In this document: positions 1-13,330 of the stretch, one piece after another
Numbering within the stretch: position 1 is the first letter of the stretch
How the letters are laid out: every line of letters starts with the position of its first letter
Source: Mustelus asterias
Taxonomy: Eukaryota
Direction: 5' to 3'
Assembly: GCF_964213995.1 (NCBI RefSeq)
Contig: NC_135807.1
Span: forward strand, 103,788,001 to 103,852,000
Length of the DNA: 64,000 nt
Notes under the pieces: generated by a model
Told to the model about the DNA's origin: nothing
Database searches by the model: none
Seen by the model: the letters and a program-made list of their open reading frames with translations, nothing else
Position numbers and translations under genes: made by a program

Positions 1-229
1 ATGGAGAAGGTAGAGTAGAAGAGAATATGGGAGTTCAGTAGAGATTGATGAAGATGTCATGGACATAAAACAAAGGGAATGTTCATGGTAGTGTTAAAGA
101 CCAAAGAAAGTGCATAGCATAGGTGAGGTAGCAGAATGTGTTAACGAAGGAACAAGGGTCAGCACTCTGAAAGCAAAATAGGTTATCAGTGGCCCTGTGG
201 GGGCGGGAATTGGAAAAAACCCCCCAGCA

Positions 230-750
230 AAATGGAAGAGCGGAGTTCATGGTCTGAAGTTAGGATAACTTAATGTTATGTCAAAAAGACTAAGTGTCAA
301 ATCAGAATTCCAATGTCTCCAATTTGCATTGAGCTTCACTGGAACATTGCTGTAGGCCAAAGATAGAAATGTGGCCATGGAAGCAAGATGGTGAGTTGAA
401 GTGACAGGAAGGTCGAGGTAATGTTTGGAGACTGAACAAAGGTGTTATGCAAAGTGTTTGCCCATGTTGTGGGAAGGGAACACCGTATTGGTGGGTGATG
501 GAGTCGTGGATCATGGTGTCATGGAGGGAACATTCCTTACAGAATACTGACAGGGGAGGTGAGAGCAAGATGCATGCTGGAGTTTGTGGAAGTGGCAGAG
601 GCGAGTGGGGTGACCAGTGAGGACAGGGGGTAGGTTATCATACTTCTAAAGGAGATGGGGAGGGATGAAGGCAGAGGAGATGGGACACGGTTGAGGGCTC
701 TGTAAACCACAGTGGAGGGGAAGCCTTGGTTCAGGAAAAAGGAAGACAGT
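230..750 (-). mobile_element. Degenerate Penelope-like element, GIY-YIG C-terminal remnant
   Basis: Minus-strand translation CHFNSPSCFHGHISIFGLQQCSSEAQCKLE resembles the C-terminal half of PLE GIY-YIG endonucleases (HFN..H...R.LE). Confidence 0.6.
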
Positions 751-779
751 CACCTGTTCTGTCATTCTAATTCTGTACT

Positions 780-1200
780 CATGAGTGCGTGGTGCAGGGA
801 CTGTAATCCAGAGATTACTACCTTTTGAAGTTCTACTTTTTAATTTTTTCCTAGCTCCCTAAAATCTGGCTGCAGGACCTTGTTCGTCTCCCTGCCTATG
901 GGACTGGCACCAATAATGGACCATGACCTTTGGCCGGTCCCCCCTCACCTCAAAATACTCTGCAATCGCTCAGCAACAACTTTGACCCTGTCGCCAGAGG
1001 GACAACTTAACTTCCCAGAGTTGCTTCTGCAGCTACACAACATGGCGGTGTTTTTCCTTAAATTGATTCCCCTTTAAATTGATTGCTTTTCTGATGATCT
1101 CCCCACCTCCTCTGTACAGCCGAGGCCTCCATGGCGCCGTGGACTTGGCTCTGGCGACGCAATTTAGGGAACCTCTGCTTTCATCGCAGCATTCCGAACT
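780..1200 (-). mobile_element. Degenerate CR1 ORF1 (esterase) fragment
   Basis: Sequence resembles the ORF1 esterase region of the CR1 copy at 24867-25559. No intact frame. Confidence 0.5.
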
Positions 1201-1437
1201 GAATAATGGAAAAACGACCAACTTTTGATAAGGCCATCTTTGGTCAGCAGCTTAAGTTTTAATATTACATGCACTGATTGGAATTTTGAAGTATTGCATG
1301 TGTTGGAAAATACAGAGGCAGCTCTCGCAAGCAATGCACTCGACTCTGTATTGTTCAGTGGTGAGAAATCTGACTTAGCGTGATTATTGATTCCAATATG
1401 CAGTCATATCAATCAACCTTCCTCTGTGCCATCATGT

Positions 1438-1828
1438 CTTAGAATCTTAGAAATCTTAGAAACCCTACAGCACAGAAAGAGGCCATTCGGCCCATCGAGT
1501 CTGCACCGACCACAATCCCACCCAGGCCATATCACCATATCCCTACATATTTACCCACTACTCCCTCTAACCTACGGACACTAAGGGCAATTTTAGCATG
1601 GCCAATCAACCTAACCCGCACATCTTTGGACTGTGGGAGGAAACCGGAGCACCCGGAGGAAACCCACGCAGACACGAGGAGAATGTGCAAACTCCACACA
1701 GACAGTGACCCAAGCCGGGAATCGAACCCAGGTCCCTGGAGCTGTGAAGCAGCAGTGCAAACCACTGTGCTACCGTGCCGCCCTAACTGTGCTACCGTGC
1801 CGCCCTCACTGTGCTACCGTGCCGCCCT
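1438..1828 (-). mobile_element. HE1-type V-SINE, full length, with triplicated 5' end
   Basis: Reverse complement of the tRNA-like head GGGCGGCACGGTAGCACAGTGG...GGTTCGATTCCC, V-domain body and short-repeat tail. Confidence 0.9.
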
Positions 1829-2252
1829 GTAAAACAGTTCAAGTTATTGAGCATAGTTTTCAAAATATTTGCATCTGTTTAATTTCTGCTTTGGTAAGCC
1901 TGTTCTGAGTCAGTCATGTGTGACATTACTGACTTAAGCTTGGTTAATTTGTTTGTCATAACACAGACATAGTTTTATGAGAGGCTTGCTTTTGAAATAT
2001 CAATGATAAGAATGATATAAATTTTGTGCAGAACATACTTTGTATATCACAGTTAACCTCTGGGATGTAATGAAATGTTTAAAGGCATAACTTCATTTCA
2101 TTATTTGTCTGCAGGAATATTAAAAGGATGGTCAAAAATGCAACTTATTTCAGCATTGAGGAATGTAAAATGGACATTAGTTAATTCATGAGCCTGTTTG
2201 TATGTGCAATCCTATACATTGATTTTAAAGTAATTTCTATCTTTGGTTTCAG

Positions 2253-2309
2253 GTAGTTTTGAGTCAAGGTCAAGATAAAGCCCTGCGCAGGATTGGAGAA
2301 TTACGTGAG
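2253..2309 (+). CDS. GOLGA4: Golgin subfamily A member 4, internal coding exon (1st in window)
   Basis: ttttcAG-type acceptor (ggtttcag|) and |GTAAGA donor. 57 nt, VVLSQGQDKALRRIGELRE, matching recalled vertebrate GOLGA4 (ILSQSQDKSLRRIAELRE). Phase 0/0. Confidence 0.9.
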
Positions 2310-3109
2310 GTAAGACCCTACACATTTTGAGTTAAACTTTCTGTTAAACTGCATGAAATTCGAGGGTAATGGAATCCTCCAAAACTTCTGAAGTCATCCT
2401 CCTTTGGAATTTTTTGTCTTTTAGTATGTATTTCATTTGTAATAGCTGAGACTTATTTGGAAACGTGTAAAAGTTGCTTTGTGTGATAGATACGTGTTGC
2501 TGCAAAGTGCCAGTAGTATTTATAACGGCATCTGCTGCTGGTTGTAAATGTTAGTAAAATATGAGTCCAAATCCTTGTCAAAATAACAAGTACGTGAAAA
2601 CAATGCTTAGTATGTTTGATCTATGAAAAAGATGAACAAGGAAATTAGATTTCCACAATAATCTAAAACTAAATTACTTAGATGATATTTTCTTTGTTTT
2701 AATGAGATTTGAAGCAATGTGTGGTATAATTTCAGTGGAGCAAAATGTCATTTAAGAATGATGTGGGGCTGAGCTGTGAATGCATATATTTATGTACAAT
2801 TTCAGTTCAGCAGTTCTCCACTTTTGTTTGTAGCATATTGACTATTCAGTGAGAATGCACGAGACATGCAGATGGAAGAGTTGATGGTTCTTTACTGCAT
2901 TGAAAGTGGTGCTAACCCCCAACCCATTAAATAACCATGCTCAAAACCACAATGTTGGCTGATACAAGTCCTTCAGAAATACACTTTTGCATATTGGCCA
3001 GACTGCTTCTGAGCTAATAGAAATATTGTATGCATCTGGAAGTTCCAAAAATTTCACGTGAGAGCATGATAGTTGCTATTTCATTGATTGGAAAACTTTT
3101 TTTTAATGG

Positions 3110-3240
3110 AAGCAAAATACTGCTGATGCTGGAACCTGAAACAAAAACAGAAAATGCTACGGAATCTCAGCAGGTCTGACAGCATCTGTGGAGAGAGCAG
3201 AGAGCCAATGTTTTGAGTCTGGATGACTCTTCTTCAGGAC
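3110..3240 (-). mobile_element. Short PLE pseudo-LTR derivative (family B) with decayed hammerhead motif
   Basis: Same family as 15251-15383 and 17102-17235. Minus strand reads CTGAAGA-A-GAGTC-atcca-GACTC-AAAA. Confidence 0.65.
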
Positions 3241-4772
3241 TGTTTTTAACCTTATTTTGCCTGACTCCACGCATGCAGTTCAGGATGCAGCCAGGGACAA
3301 CACTAGGATAGTTCATCAAACTGCTGATGCATACCTTTGCTCCTTATCATTAATAAAAGTCATAAGTAAAAGGTGAGAAAAACTTTGAGTTCAGTATCGA
3401 AGTATACACTTGGACTGGATACCACATGGATTAAATCTGGAAGTGCAAATTTTGATCTGCTTTATCAATATCGTTCTGAATAAATGTGCAAGTGCATTGT
3501 TTTGATAAAACTGGAATGGACCCAAATTGTAGGAAAAATGAAACAAATGTTAAAGCTACATAACCAACAGATAGGAGGAAAGCTGGACTCCATTTTGAAA
3601 CTTAAGGCAGTGGATTCGAATTCACCAGGTGAAAATGAATACAAAGGAATTATCTCATTAAAGGATAATTGGCTTTGTTCCAGCCCATACTGAGTCTTGC
3701 CACTGCTGAAACCCTTCGCCATCTTACCCTGCACACTTGATGAGATCCTATTTGTTAGGGGAAATATCCAGCCGCCTTGTATTTACTTCCTTTGAGAGAC
3801 TAGACAAAATTTTGTGAGTTTAAAGTTGGCCTTTATTCAAGCTGAAGCAGGGACAACCTCTTTCCACTCATGTGGCATACAGTCTCCCAAAACAAAGGAA
3901 TTTAATGACAATTATACCTTTAGGCTCAACTTGAAATAATTAACATAGATCAATCAAAATTGTACATGCATTTGAATATAAAATCAAATCCCAACTAATA
4001 GTTCTGGTCACTTAATTTGTTTCCCACAGTAGTATTTAACCAATTACAATAAGTCTACGCTTGCCTAATTGTCATGTCCAATCGTCAACTGGGCACATAC
4101 ACATAGCTACACCATCAATAAATACATGTCTATGCACCCTGAGCAGCGACTTATGACTGCTATCAAAGCACAGTGGAGTCTTGCGTTGTTATCTGGAAAG
4201 CAATGATGTATGTGGTGACAGCCCTCTTGTGGTCTATCAAAGTGCCTTGCAGCTGTACCTTCATTGTACCTTGCAGCTGTAATCATTTCCCAGGAACTTT
4301 TCTGCAGTTAACAATTTGTAACTCCTTCACTATTTGTTAAAAGTTTAGCCAACAATTCTGTTCTGTGCCAAATTCTGTCCATTCATCATTTTCTCCCTTG
4401 CTGGTTTCTGTCTGCATTGCATGATTTTAAAATTCTGCCCTGCATCCACGAAGCCTTTTTGAAACCTTCCAACATTCGCAGTATTCCATCCTCTGTCTTT
4501 TCTTCTTCAGATTCTAGTCCTCTTTACATCTTTTCTCCTTTTCCCCTACCATTGTGGAATACCCTTCAATTGCATTGGCTTTACTCTCTGTAACTGTCCA
4601 GTCCACCTTATATTTTCAAAAGCTTGTGTCAGATCATCTTTCTGATCACGCCATCAGATCTTTTCCTTCAATGCTTGGAGTTCATTCTCTTATCTAGTTT
4701 TTTTCTTCGTCTTTGGAATGAAAATTAAACTCAGTCCTTGCCTCAGGCAGATGTTAAAAACAAAACACCGAT

Positions 4773-5100
4773 GTGGGCAGCACAGTGGTTAGCACTGCTG
4801 CCTCTAAGCACCAGGGACCCAGGTTTGATTCCATCCTTGGGTGACTGTGTGGCATTTGCATGTTTTCCCCATGTCTGTATGGGTTTCCTCTGGGTGCTTT
4901 GGTTTCCTCCACAGTCCAAAGATGTGCAGGCTAGGTGGATTGGCCATGTTAAATTGCCCCTTATGTTCCAAGATGTGTAGGTTAGAGGCTGAGAGTATGT
5001 GGATAGGGCCTGGCTAAGATGTTCTGTGGGAGAGTCTGTTGGAGAATCTGTGCAGACTTGATGGACCTAATGATCTCGTTCGGCACTGTAGGGATTCTGT
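4773..5100 (+). mobile_element. HE1-type V-SINE, apparently inserted in an older Deu-domain SINE
   Basis: cagtggttagcactgctgcc head and V body. Flanks (~4710-4765, ~5105-5240) resemble Deu-domain SINE sequence. Confidence 0.8.
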
Positions 5101-6144
5101 TCGATGTCACTATTCAAGAGAGAGTAGGAGAATTTTCCTGCCAATATTTATTCCTCAACAGAGGAACAGATTACCAAATCATTTATGTTGGTGCTATTTG
5201 TGGCTGTAGCTATGCTGAAATGACAGCCCCAAGTTACACCAGTGACTCAATCGCCTGTGATATACGGGAATAGGCTGGAATTGTTCTTGCATTACCTCTG
5301 TCCTCGAAATGTCTTGGGGCTTTTATCTATTAAAAATAAATATTAGAGATGCCGTATCAATACACCTTAGGGTAAAGGGATTGACAGCTCTTCAGTACCT
5401 CTCCCAAGGGTCCATTCTTTTGATAGTCCAGCGCAGCTGATGCCAATCTAATTTTTTACATGCACAAATCATTTCTAGCAGATAGAGATTTGGAGCTGGA
5501 GCACTGGCAAACCTTTTGTTTTTACCCTGTCCCTTTTCCTGTTCCAAACATAGTCATCCAAATATGATCAACCATCAGGGATCAATCTTGGGACCTGGGT
5601 GCTTGTCACAGCATTATACTGATCAACTCTTAAAGTAGCAAGGCACTCCAAAATCCGTTCTCTGAGGGTTGTTTTCAGCTGAGAGTTTTCAATATTGCAC
5701 ACCATTCTAAACTCAGAGAATGGTGAGAAGAGCTCCTACACTGAGCCAGTGCTGCTTTGAAACTTGCTACAAGAAGATGTGGATCTCACTGTTCCTTACC
5801 CTAAGGAAGGATTTAATTTGTCTTCAGTTTTGCTCTGACTGATGAGATCACCATGTGATGGAGTATGAGAGGTAAAACTGAGACCTCTTACTGTGTGACA
5901 GAGATAAAGGGGATATATTCGACATTCAGTATAGTTAGATTTTTTGGATGAATTAAAAATTAGATGAAGCACAGTGAACATGCAGTATTTGTTGGCTGTG
6001 TTATGTAAAGGTGAGGAGGGAGATTGTTAATTTAGTCTTGGTGTGCAATATTTGGATCTCTGTTTATAATATTGAATGCCTTGCATTCAATACTGAGTAC
6101 AAGCTTGGCAAGTTCAGTGATGAATTTTTACAAGTTTAGCCATG

Positions 6145-6580
6145 GAATGTGGGGGTCGCCGACAAGGCCAGCATTTATTGCCCATTTCTAATTGTCTTTG
6201 AGAAGGTGACAGTGAGCTACCTGGCTACTGCAGCCCATGTGGTGTAGGTGCACCCGGAATGCAGTGCTTTCCCAGGATTTTGACCTCGCGACAGCGAAGG
6301 AATGGCGATATATTTCCAGTCAGGATGGTGAGTGGCTTGGAGGGAAACTTCCAGGGGGTGGTGTTCCAGGTGTTGATTGCCCTTGTCTTTCTGGATGATG
6401 GTAGTGGTCATGGATTTGAAGGGTGCTGAGTGAGGACTCTTGGTGAGTCCCTGCAGTGCATCTTGTAGATGGTGCACACTGCTGCCAATGTGCATTGATG
6501 GCTGAGTATGTGAATGGGGTGCCATCAAGTGGGTTGCTTTGTCCTGGATGGTGTTAGGCTTCTTGAGTGTTCTTGGAATC
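6145..6580 (-). mobile_element. 3' end of CR1/L2-clade LINE (same family as 29605-31650)
   Basis: Reverse complement of the tail ...GGGCAATAAATGCTGGCC and of the C-terminal coding remnant (TIQDKA). Confidence 0.7.
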
Positions 6581-7349
6581 TGAGAAGGCAGCTCACGGAG
6601 TACAAAATATCGAGTGGAACAACGGCAAATCAAACTGCTGAGTGCCATAAATTACTGGATATAGGAAATAAAGAATGGATAAGTTGCTCCAGTTTTATGT
6701 TCTGAGCGTAAGAGAAATTTGCAAGGAATCTAGGATTTTACTAAATTGATTCGTCAATTTCTGAAGTACCAATCAACAAAACATGCTGAGCTCCATGGCC
6801 AAAGAGTCAAGCATAAGTCTCAGAAGGTCATGTTCAAATTTATGGTGCACTGCTGTGATGCACTGGCTGAACTCAATGTGGTTTGAACTCCATCTCCCTG
6901 CTTGCCATCCAAAACCCTTGACTCTCATAAATCTGTCTAACCCATTCTTGAATCTGTTCACAGGCATTATTTAGGCATAGGATATGGTTCAGAGTGTCTT
7001 ATTCCTCCTGTTATTCGGGACAGAGTGGATCAGCTCTCGGGTAAAATATGAGCTGACCAGATGGTTCTGGTATAAAATTGTATAAATTAAGTCATGTCTT
7101 AAGAACCAAGTTGAATATTTTGGGATGATAATGGATGTAGTAGCTAAGGGAGTGTCATTTATGTGGTCTTCCAGTAGGCGTTCTATAAAGCTGCACTAAG
7201 AGACGGTTAACTGAGCTGAGAACGCACTGGAATGAGGAAAGCTATTAAAAAAGATAGGGAATTGTTTAGGAGTTAGAAGAGTAAGAATAATAAGTATGCA
7301 TTCCAGTTGTCAAAATGGGATGAATCAGATCTGGCAGGAATAGCTTTTT

Positions 7350-7453
7350 AAAACAAAAAAACAGAAAATGCTGGAAAAACTCAGGTCTGGTGATATCTAT
7401 AGGGAAAGAAATAAGAGTTAACATTTCGAGTCCGTATTATTCATCTTCAGCTC
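7350..7453 (-). mobile_element. Short PLE pseudo-LTR derivative (family B)
   Basis: aaacagaaaatgctggaaaaactcaggtctgg...acatttcgagtcc...tcttcagctc. Minus strand has CTGAAGA...GACTC GAAA. Confidence 0.6.
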
Positions 7454-8211
7454 CAGTAAACTTATATACCTTCTCAACAGTCTTTTAAAGTCTTGATGGA
7501 GGGTCTGCTATCATATTTTCTTTTCGAAAAACACAAAATTAAAAAAAATTAAATAGCTGCAACGATAGACTCCAACAAAATAGTCTAGTGTTGCTGTCTT
7601 TAAACTTTTCCAGGAACCTTAATGGATTATGACCTGTAGGAACACAAGGCAAATTTTGGGTTGGTGCAGGAACTTCTTTTTATATACAGAAGAATAAACA
7701 CTGGAATAGACTTCAGGGATTAAGAAAGTGAGGCAATTAAGTAACAGTTGCTTGATAGGATTGTGATGTGGAGATGCCGGCGTAGGATTGAGAGGATTGT
7801 GTCAGTGGTGATAAAACCATTCTGGATGGATGAACCCTGATGGATTGCCTGTCTTATGTTTGTTTTGTTACTGCACAGCCTTTGCTAACTTCCTGACCTG
7901 TGACTGAGGTCAATAGGCCAGTCACCTTTTCCAAGTCTTGGAAACAAATGTGGTTGTTCAGGTTTCATCTTTTTTTGTCTTTCACTGCTATCTTCAGTTT
8001 AATTGCAAGGTGAAGGGGTTTGAACATTTGACCCTTCGATCAATTGCAAGATGAGTTTGTGCTTCAACTACATGGTTTGTTAGTGTCACCTGTGCTCTGC
8101 TTTCCATCTTCTTTATAACCCATTCTGAGAGTTGGAAAAGCAACAAAGTATTTAAATGTCAAAAAAAGCCAATTCTATGTCTTCATGAAGTTTTCTTTGT
8201 TAAATTCTTAG

Positions 8212-8310
8212 GAGCTGCAAATGGATCAACAAGCTAAGAAACATCTTCAGGATGAGTTTGAAGCAGCCCTGGAGGAAAAAGACCAACTTATTGGTGTTCT
8301 ACAGACACAG
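8212..8310 (+). CDS. GOLGA4: GOLGA4 coding exon (2nd in window)
   Basis: ttcttAG| acceptor, |GTAGAA donor. 99 nt, ELQMDQQAKKHLQDEFEAALEEKDQLIGVLQTQ, in frame with neighbouring exons. Confidence 0.93.
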
Positions 8311-8394
8311 GTAGAACTACACAGCATTGGTGTGTTTTGGCTAAATATCAAATGCCAACTAAGTTGGTTAAAGCGTTCTTGTCATAGAATCCCG

Positions 8395-11300
8395 ACAGGG
8401 GGTGGTGGGGGGGGGGAATGGGGATGGAGAGGGAGGCGGGGGGGACCCATGGGGGGACGGGAGAGGGAGGCAGGGACAGATGGGGGGTGGGAGAGGGGGG
8501 GGTCACATGGGGGACGGGAGAGGGAGAGAGGGGGCCCACGGGGGACGGGAGAGGGAGGGAGGGGGCCCACGGGGGACGGGAGAGGGAGGGAGGGGGCCCA
8601 CGGGGGACGGGAGAGGGAGGGAGGGGGCCCACGGGGGACGGGAGAGGGAGGGAGGGAGGGGGCCCACGGGGGACGGGAGAGGGAGGGAGGGAGGGGGCCC
8701 ACGGGGGACGGGAGAGGGAGGGAGGGGGCCCACGGGGGACGGGAGAGGGAGGGAGGGGGCCCACGGGGGACGGGAGAGGGAGGGAGGGGGCCCACGGGGG
8801 ACGGGAGAGGGAGGGAGGGGGCCCACGGGGGACGGGAGAGGGAGGGAGGGGGCCCACGGGGGACGGAGGGAGGGGGCCCACGGGGGACGGAGGGAGGGGG
8901 CCCACGGGGGACGGAGGGAGGGGGCCCACGGGGGACGGGAGAGGGTGGGAGGGGGCCCACGGGGGACGGGAGAGGGAGGGGGGGGCCGGGAGAGGGAGGG
9001 GGGGGGCCGGGAGAGGGAGGGGGGGGGCCGGGAGAGGGAGGGGGAGGACACGTGGGGGACATGGGAGGGAGGGGGAGGACACGTGGGGGACGGGAGGGGG
9101 AGGACACGTGGGGGACGGGAGGGGGAGGACACGTGGGGGACGGGAGGGGGAGGGGGAGGACACGTGGGGGACGGGAGGGGGTAGGGAGGGGTGGACACGT
9201 GGGGGAGCGGGAGGGGGTAGGGGGGACGGGAGTGGGAGGGGGGGAGCGGGAGAGGGAGACGGGAGGAGGGGAGCTGGAGAGGGAGACGGGTGGGGGGGAG
9301 CAGGAGGGGGAGAGCAGGAGAGGGAGGGGGGGAGCGGGGGAGGGAGTGGGTGGGGGGGGAGAGGGAGACGGGAGAGGGAGTGGGTGGGGGGGAGAGGGAG
9401 GGGGGGAGCGGGAGAGGGAGTGGGTGGGGGGGAGAGGGGGGGGGAGCGGGAGAGGGAGTGGGTGGGGGGGAGAGGGAGGGGGGAGCGGGAGAGGGAGTGG
9501 GTGGGGGGAGAGGGAGGGGGGAGAGGGAGGGGGGAGAGGGAGTGGGTGGGGGGGGAGAGGGAGGGGGGGAGAGGGAGTGAGGGAGGGGGGAGTGGGAGGG
9601 GGTGCGGGAGGGTGGGAGGGGGTGCGGGAGGGTGGGAGGGGGTGTGGGAGGGGGAGCAGGGGGAGGGCGAGGGGGAGGGGGCGAGGGGGAGGGCGAGGGG
9701 GAGCGGGAGGGCGAGGGGGAGCGGGAGGGGGTGAGGGGGGGGAGGGGGAGCGGGAGGGGGAGGGGGGAGGGGGAGCGGGAGAGGGGGGGTGGGGGCGAGG
9801 GGGAGCGGGGAGGGGGGCGAGGGGGAGCGGGTGGGGGGCGAGGGGGAGCGGGAGGGGGGCGAGGGGGAACGGGAGGGGGGCGAGGGAGTGGGAGCGCGAG
9901 GGGGAGCGGGAGGGGGGAGCGGGAGGGGGAGCGGGAGGGGGGAGCGGGAGGGGGGGCGAGGGGGAGCGGGAGGGGGGCGAGGGGGAGCCGGAGCCGGAAG
10001 GGGGCGAGGGGGAGCGGGAGGGGGAGCAGGAGGGGGAGCGGGGGGAGCGGGAGGGGGGCGAGGGGGAGCGGGAGGGGGGCGAGGAGGGGGGCGAGGGGGA
10101 GCGGGAGGGGGAGAGGGAGGGGGGGCGGGAAAGGGAGGGGGGCGGGGGAGAGGGAGGGGGGGCGGGAAAGGGAGGGGGGCGGGGGAGGGGGCCGAGGGGG
10201 AGAGGGAGGGGGGGGCGGGAGAGGGGAGGGGGGCGGGGGAGGGGGCCGAGGGGGAGAGGGAGGGGGGCGGGGGAGGGGGAGAGGGGGGCGGGGGAGGGGG
10301 AGAGGGTGGCGGGAGCGGGAGGGGGGCAGGAGGGGAGAGGGAGGGGGGAGCGGGAGAGGGAGGGGGGAGCGGGAGAGGGGGGGGGAAGGAGCGGGAGGGG
10401 GGGACGGGAGCGGGAGGAGGAGCGGGAGGGGGGGAACGGGGTGAGGGGGGGAAACGGGGGGTAACGGGGGGAGGAGTGTGAGGGGGGAAACGGGGGGAGG
10501 AGGAGTGGGAGGGGGGAAACGGGGGTAGGAGGAGTGGGAAGGGGGGAAACGGGGGTAGGAGGAGTGGGAGGGGGGGAAACGGGGGGTAACGGGGGGAGGA
10601 GTGTGAGGGGGGGAAACGGGGGGAGGAGGAGTGGGAGGGGGGGAAACGGGGGGAGGAGGAGTGGGAGGGGCGGAAACGGGGGTAGGAGGAGTGGGAGGGG
10701 CGGAAACGGGGGTAGGAGGAGTGGGAGTGGGGGAAACGGGGGGTAACGGGGGGAGGAGTGTGAGGGGGGGAAACGGGGGGCGGAGGAGTGGGAACGGGAG
10801 GAGGAGTGGGAAGGGGGAACGGGAGGAGGAGTTGGGGGGGGACGAGAGAAGGAGTGGGAGAGGGGGGACGAGAGAAGGAGTGGGAGAGGGGGGACGAGAG
10901 AAGGAGTGAGAGGGGGGACGAGAGAAGGAGTGGGGGGGGGACGAGAGAAGGAGTGGGAGAGGGGGGGACGAGAGAAGGAGTGGGGGGGGGGGGGACGAGA
11001 GAAGGAGTGGGAGGGGGGGACGAGAGAAGGAGTGGGAGGGGGGGGACGAGAGAAGGAGTGGGAGGGGGGGGACGAGAGAAGGAGTGGGAGGGGGGGGGAC
11101 GAGAGAAGGAGTGGGAGGGGGGGGACAAGAGAAGGAGTGGGGGGGGACGAGAGAAGGAGTGGGCGGGATGGGAGGAGGTGTGGGAGTGAGGGATGGGGGG
11201 AGAGGAGGGGGGGCGATGGGGGACGGGACAGGTGGGGTGTGGGGGGGGAGATGGGGGATGGGAGTGGGGGGGGTAGGAGGGGGCGATGGGGGAACGGGAG

Positions 11301-13330
11301 CAGGCAATGGGGGCAGGAGAGGGAGCGGGAGGGGGGCGATAGGGGACGGGAGGGGGAGCGGGGGGGCAAGGGGGGTGATAGAGGGAGCGGGAAGGGGGTG
11401 CAATGGGGGGTGGGGGGTTGTGATGGCGATGGGATCGGGAGGAGGGACAATGGGGGACAGGATCGGGAGGAGGGACAATGGGGGACGGGGGGGGAGACGA
11501 TGGTGGATGGGAGAGGCACGGGGGGACGATGGGAGACGGGAGAGGGAGCAAGGGTGGTGGGAGGCAGGGATGATGGGGGACGGGAGAGGGAGCGCGGTGG
11601 GAGGGGGGGCGGGAGAGTGAGGGGAAGGGTGAGGGAGGGGGGACGGTTGAACAGGGGTCGCGGGAGAGTGAGGGAGGCGACGTAGTGGTGCGGGGCGGGG
11701 GTGGAAGGTAGAGGGGAGGGGGACAGGAGAGGGCGCGGCGGGGGGGACAAGATTTGGAGACTAGGCGTGAGATGGAGAGGGAGGTGGGGGTGTGCAGGGG
11801 GAATGGGAGGGGGGACGGGGAGAGGGGTAGAGGGGGAGGGGGACATGAGATCGGGGGGATGATAGAGGGGGAGGGGGGATGGGACGGGGGGGCGATGGGG
11901 GATGGGAGAGGGAGGGGGGACGGGTTGGGGGCGGGGGGATGGGTAGGGGCGGAGGGGGGAGGTGGCAGAGGGGCAGGTGGGAGTAGAGAGGGGGGAACGG
12001 GAGAGAGAGGAGGCGGAGGGAGGGGGAATGGGTCAGTGGGGAAACGGGAACAAGTGGGCGGAGGGGGGGACTGGAGAGGCAGTGGGTGGAGGGGGATGTG
12101 AGGGGGGGACTGGAGAGGCAGTGGGTGGAGGGGGACGAGACGGGGTGGTGGCCGGAGGGGGGGGCGTGCGCGGAGGGGACAGAGACGCGGAGGCTGGGGG
12201 CGGGTTGGGTCTGTGCTGGCAATCGTGGTAGGGCGGGCCAGCAGTCAGGGGAGGTGGGGTGGGGGTGACACGGCAGGGCTGGTGGGGCTATTGTCTGTGT
12301 TTCGGGGGCAGGCGGGTACCAGGCGGCAGAGCTGGGGCATTGTGGGGCTGGGGTTCATTGAGGGGTCAACAGTGGTATGGGTTGGGGCTGATATCTGCAC
12401 TTGGGGGATGGATCGGCAGGCATTCAGGGCGATGGCGCATGTATCAGCTTGCGGGGAGAGGCAGGGCCAGTGATCGGCGGAACAGGTTGGGGCCTGCGAC
12501 TTGACGGGGATGACCACGACAGGCGATTGAGGGTGGACGGCACGGCCGGCCATAAGGGGTGGCCGAGGCAAAGGACACGGGTTGACAATTGGGAGGGGCG
12601 GTGTCGGTCCGGCAATCGGCGTGGATGGGCTGGCAAGCGGGGAGGTGAGGGAATAGGCAGGGCCGGCGATTGGGTGGGTGGGGGTCAGCAGGGCGGGTTG
12701 GTGATCTGGGGACTCAGAAGGGCAGGCGTTCGGGTGGGTACTGACGCCAGGGAGGGAGTGGCAGGCAGGGTGGGGTCGGAGGTCAACTGTCGGATGGGTG
12801 AGGCTGATGATCCGGGAATGGCGCTGGTACCTGTGATTGGGGGGGGGGGGGGGGGGGGCGGGGGGGGCGTGGGCAGGGCAGGTACCAGCGATTGGTGGGG
12901 TTCGAGGCCAGCCAGGCAGGGTGAGGGTGAGGCCTGCAATTGGTGGTGTGGGTGGGGAGGAGACGGGGAGGGCAGGCAGACGGGGCCGGTGATTGGAGGG
13001 GGAGGGCGAGGACATGCCAGGAAAGCAGTGGGGCCAGGCTGGTGAGCGGGTGGGGTTTGTGGGGAAATAGGCGGGGACAGTAGGGTGAGTTGGCGATCCG
13101 GGGACGGGGCTGCTACCTACGATAGGGAGGGTGGGCCAGTTACTGGCCAGTGGAGTTGGGGGGGATGGCGCAGGGCCGGCAGTCAGGGGTGGGGCAGGTG
13201 GGCTGGCAGCTGTGATCATGGGGACGGTGCAAGGCAGGTCCGGTGTTCGGGATACCTGTGATTTGTGGGGTGGGCGGGATGGGGTGGGACTGTGATTGGA
13301 GCAGCCAGGGTGGACAATGGGTGAGGCATG
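8395..13330 (+). repeat. Compound G-rich minisatellite / low-complexity tract
   Basis: Successive arrays of ~22-35 bp G-rich units, e.g. gggcccacgggggacgggagagggagggagg, gggaaacggggggaggaggagtgggagg and gggacgagagaaggagtgggaggg. More degenerate after ~12200. Confidence 0.95.

Noticed and set aside
3753-4474. Possible solo LTR (TGTT...AACA, minus-strand AATAAA)
   Set aside because: No matching TSD and no second copy in the window, so it cannot be supported without a search.
8440-11170. Regularly spaced ~30-bp repeats suggesting a CRISPR-like array
   Set aside because: No unique spacers, no cas genes, and a vertebrate intron context. It is a minisatellite.
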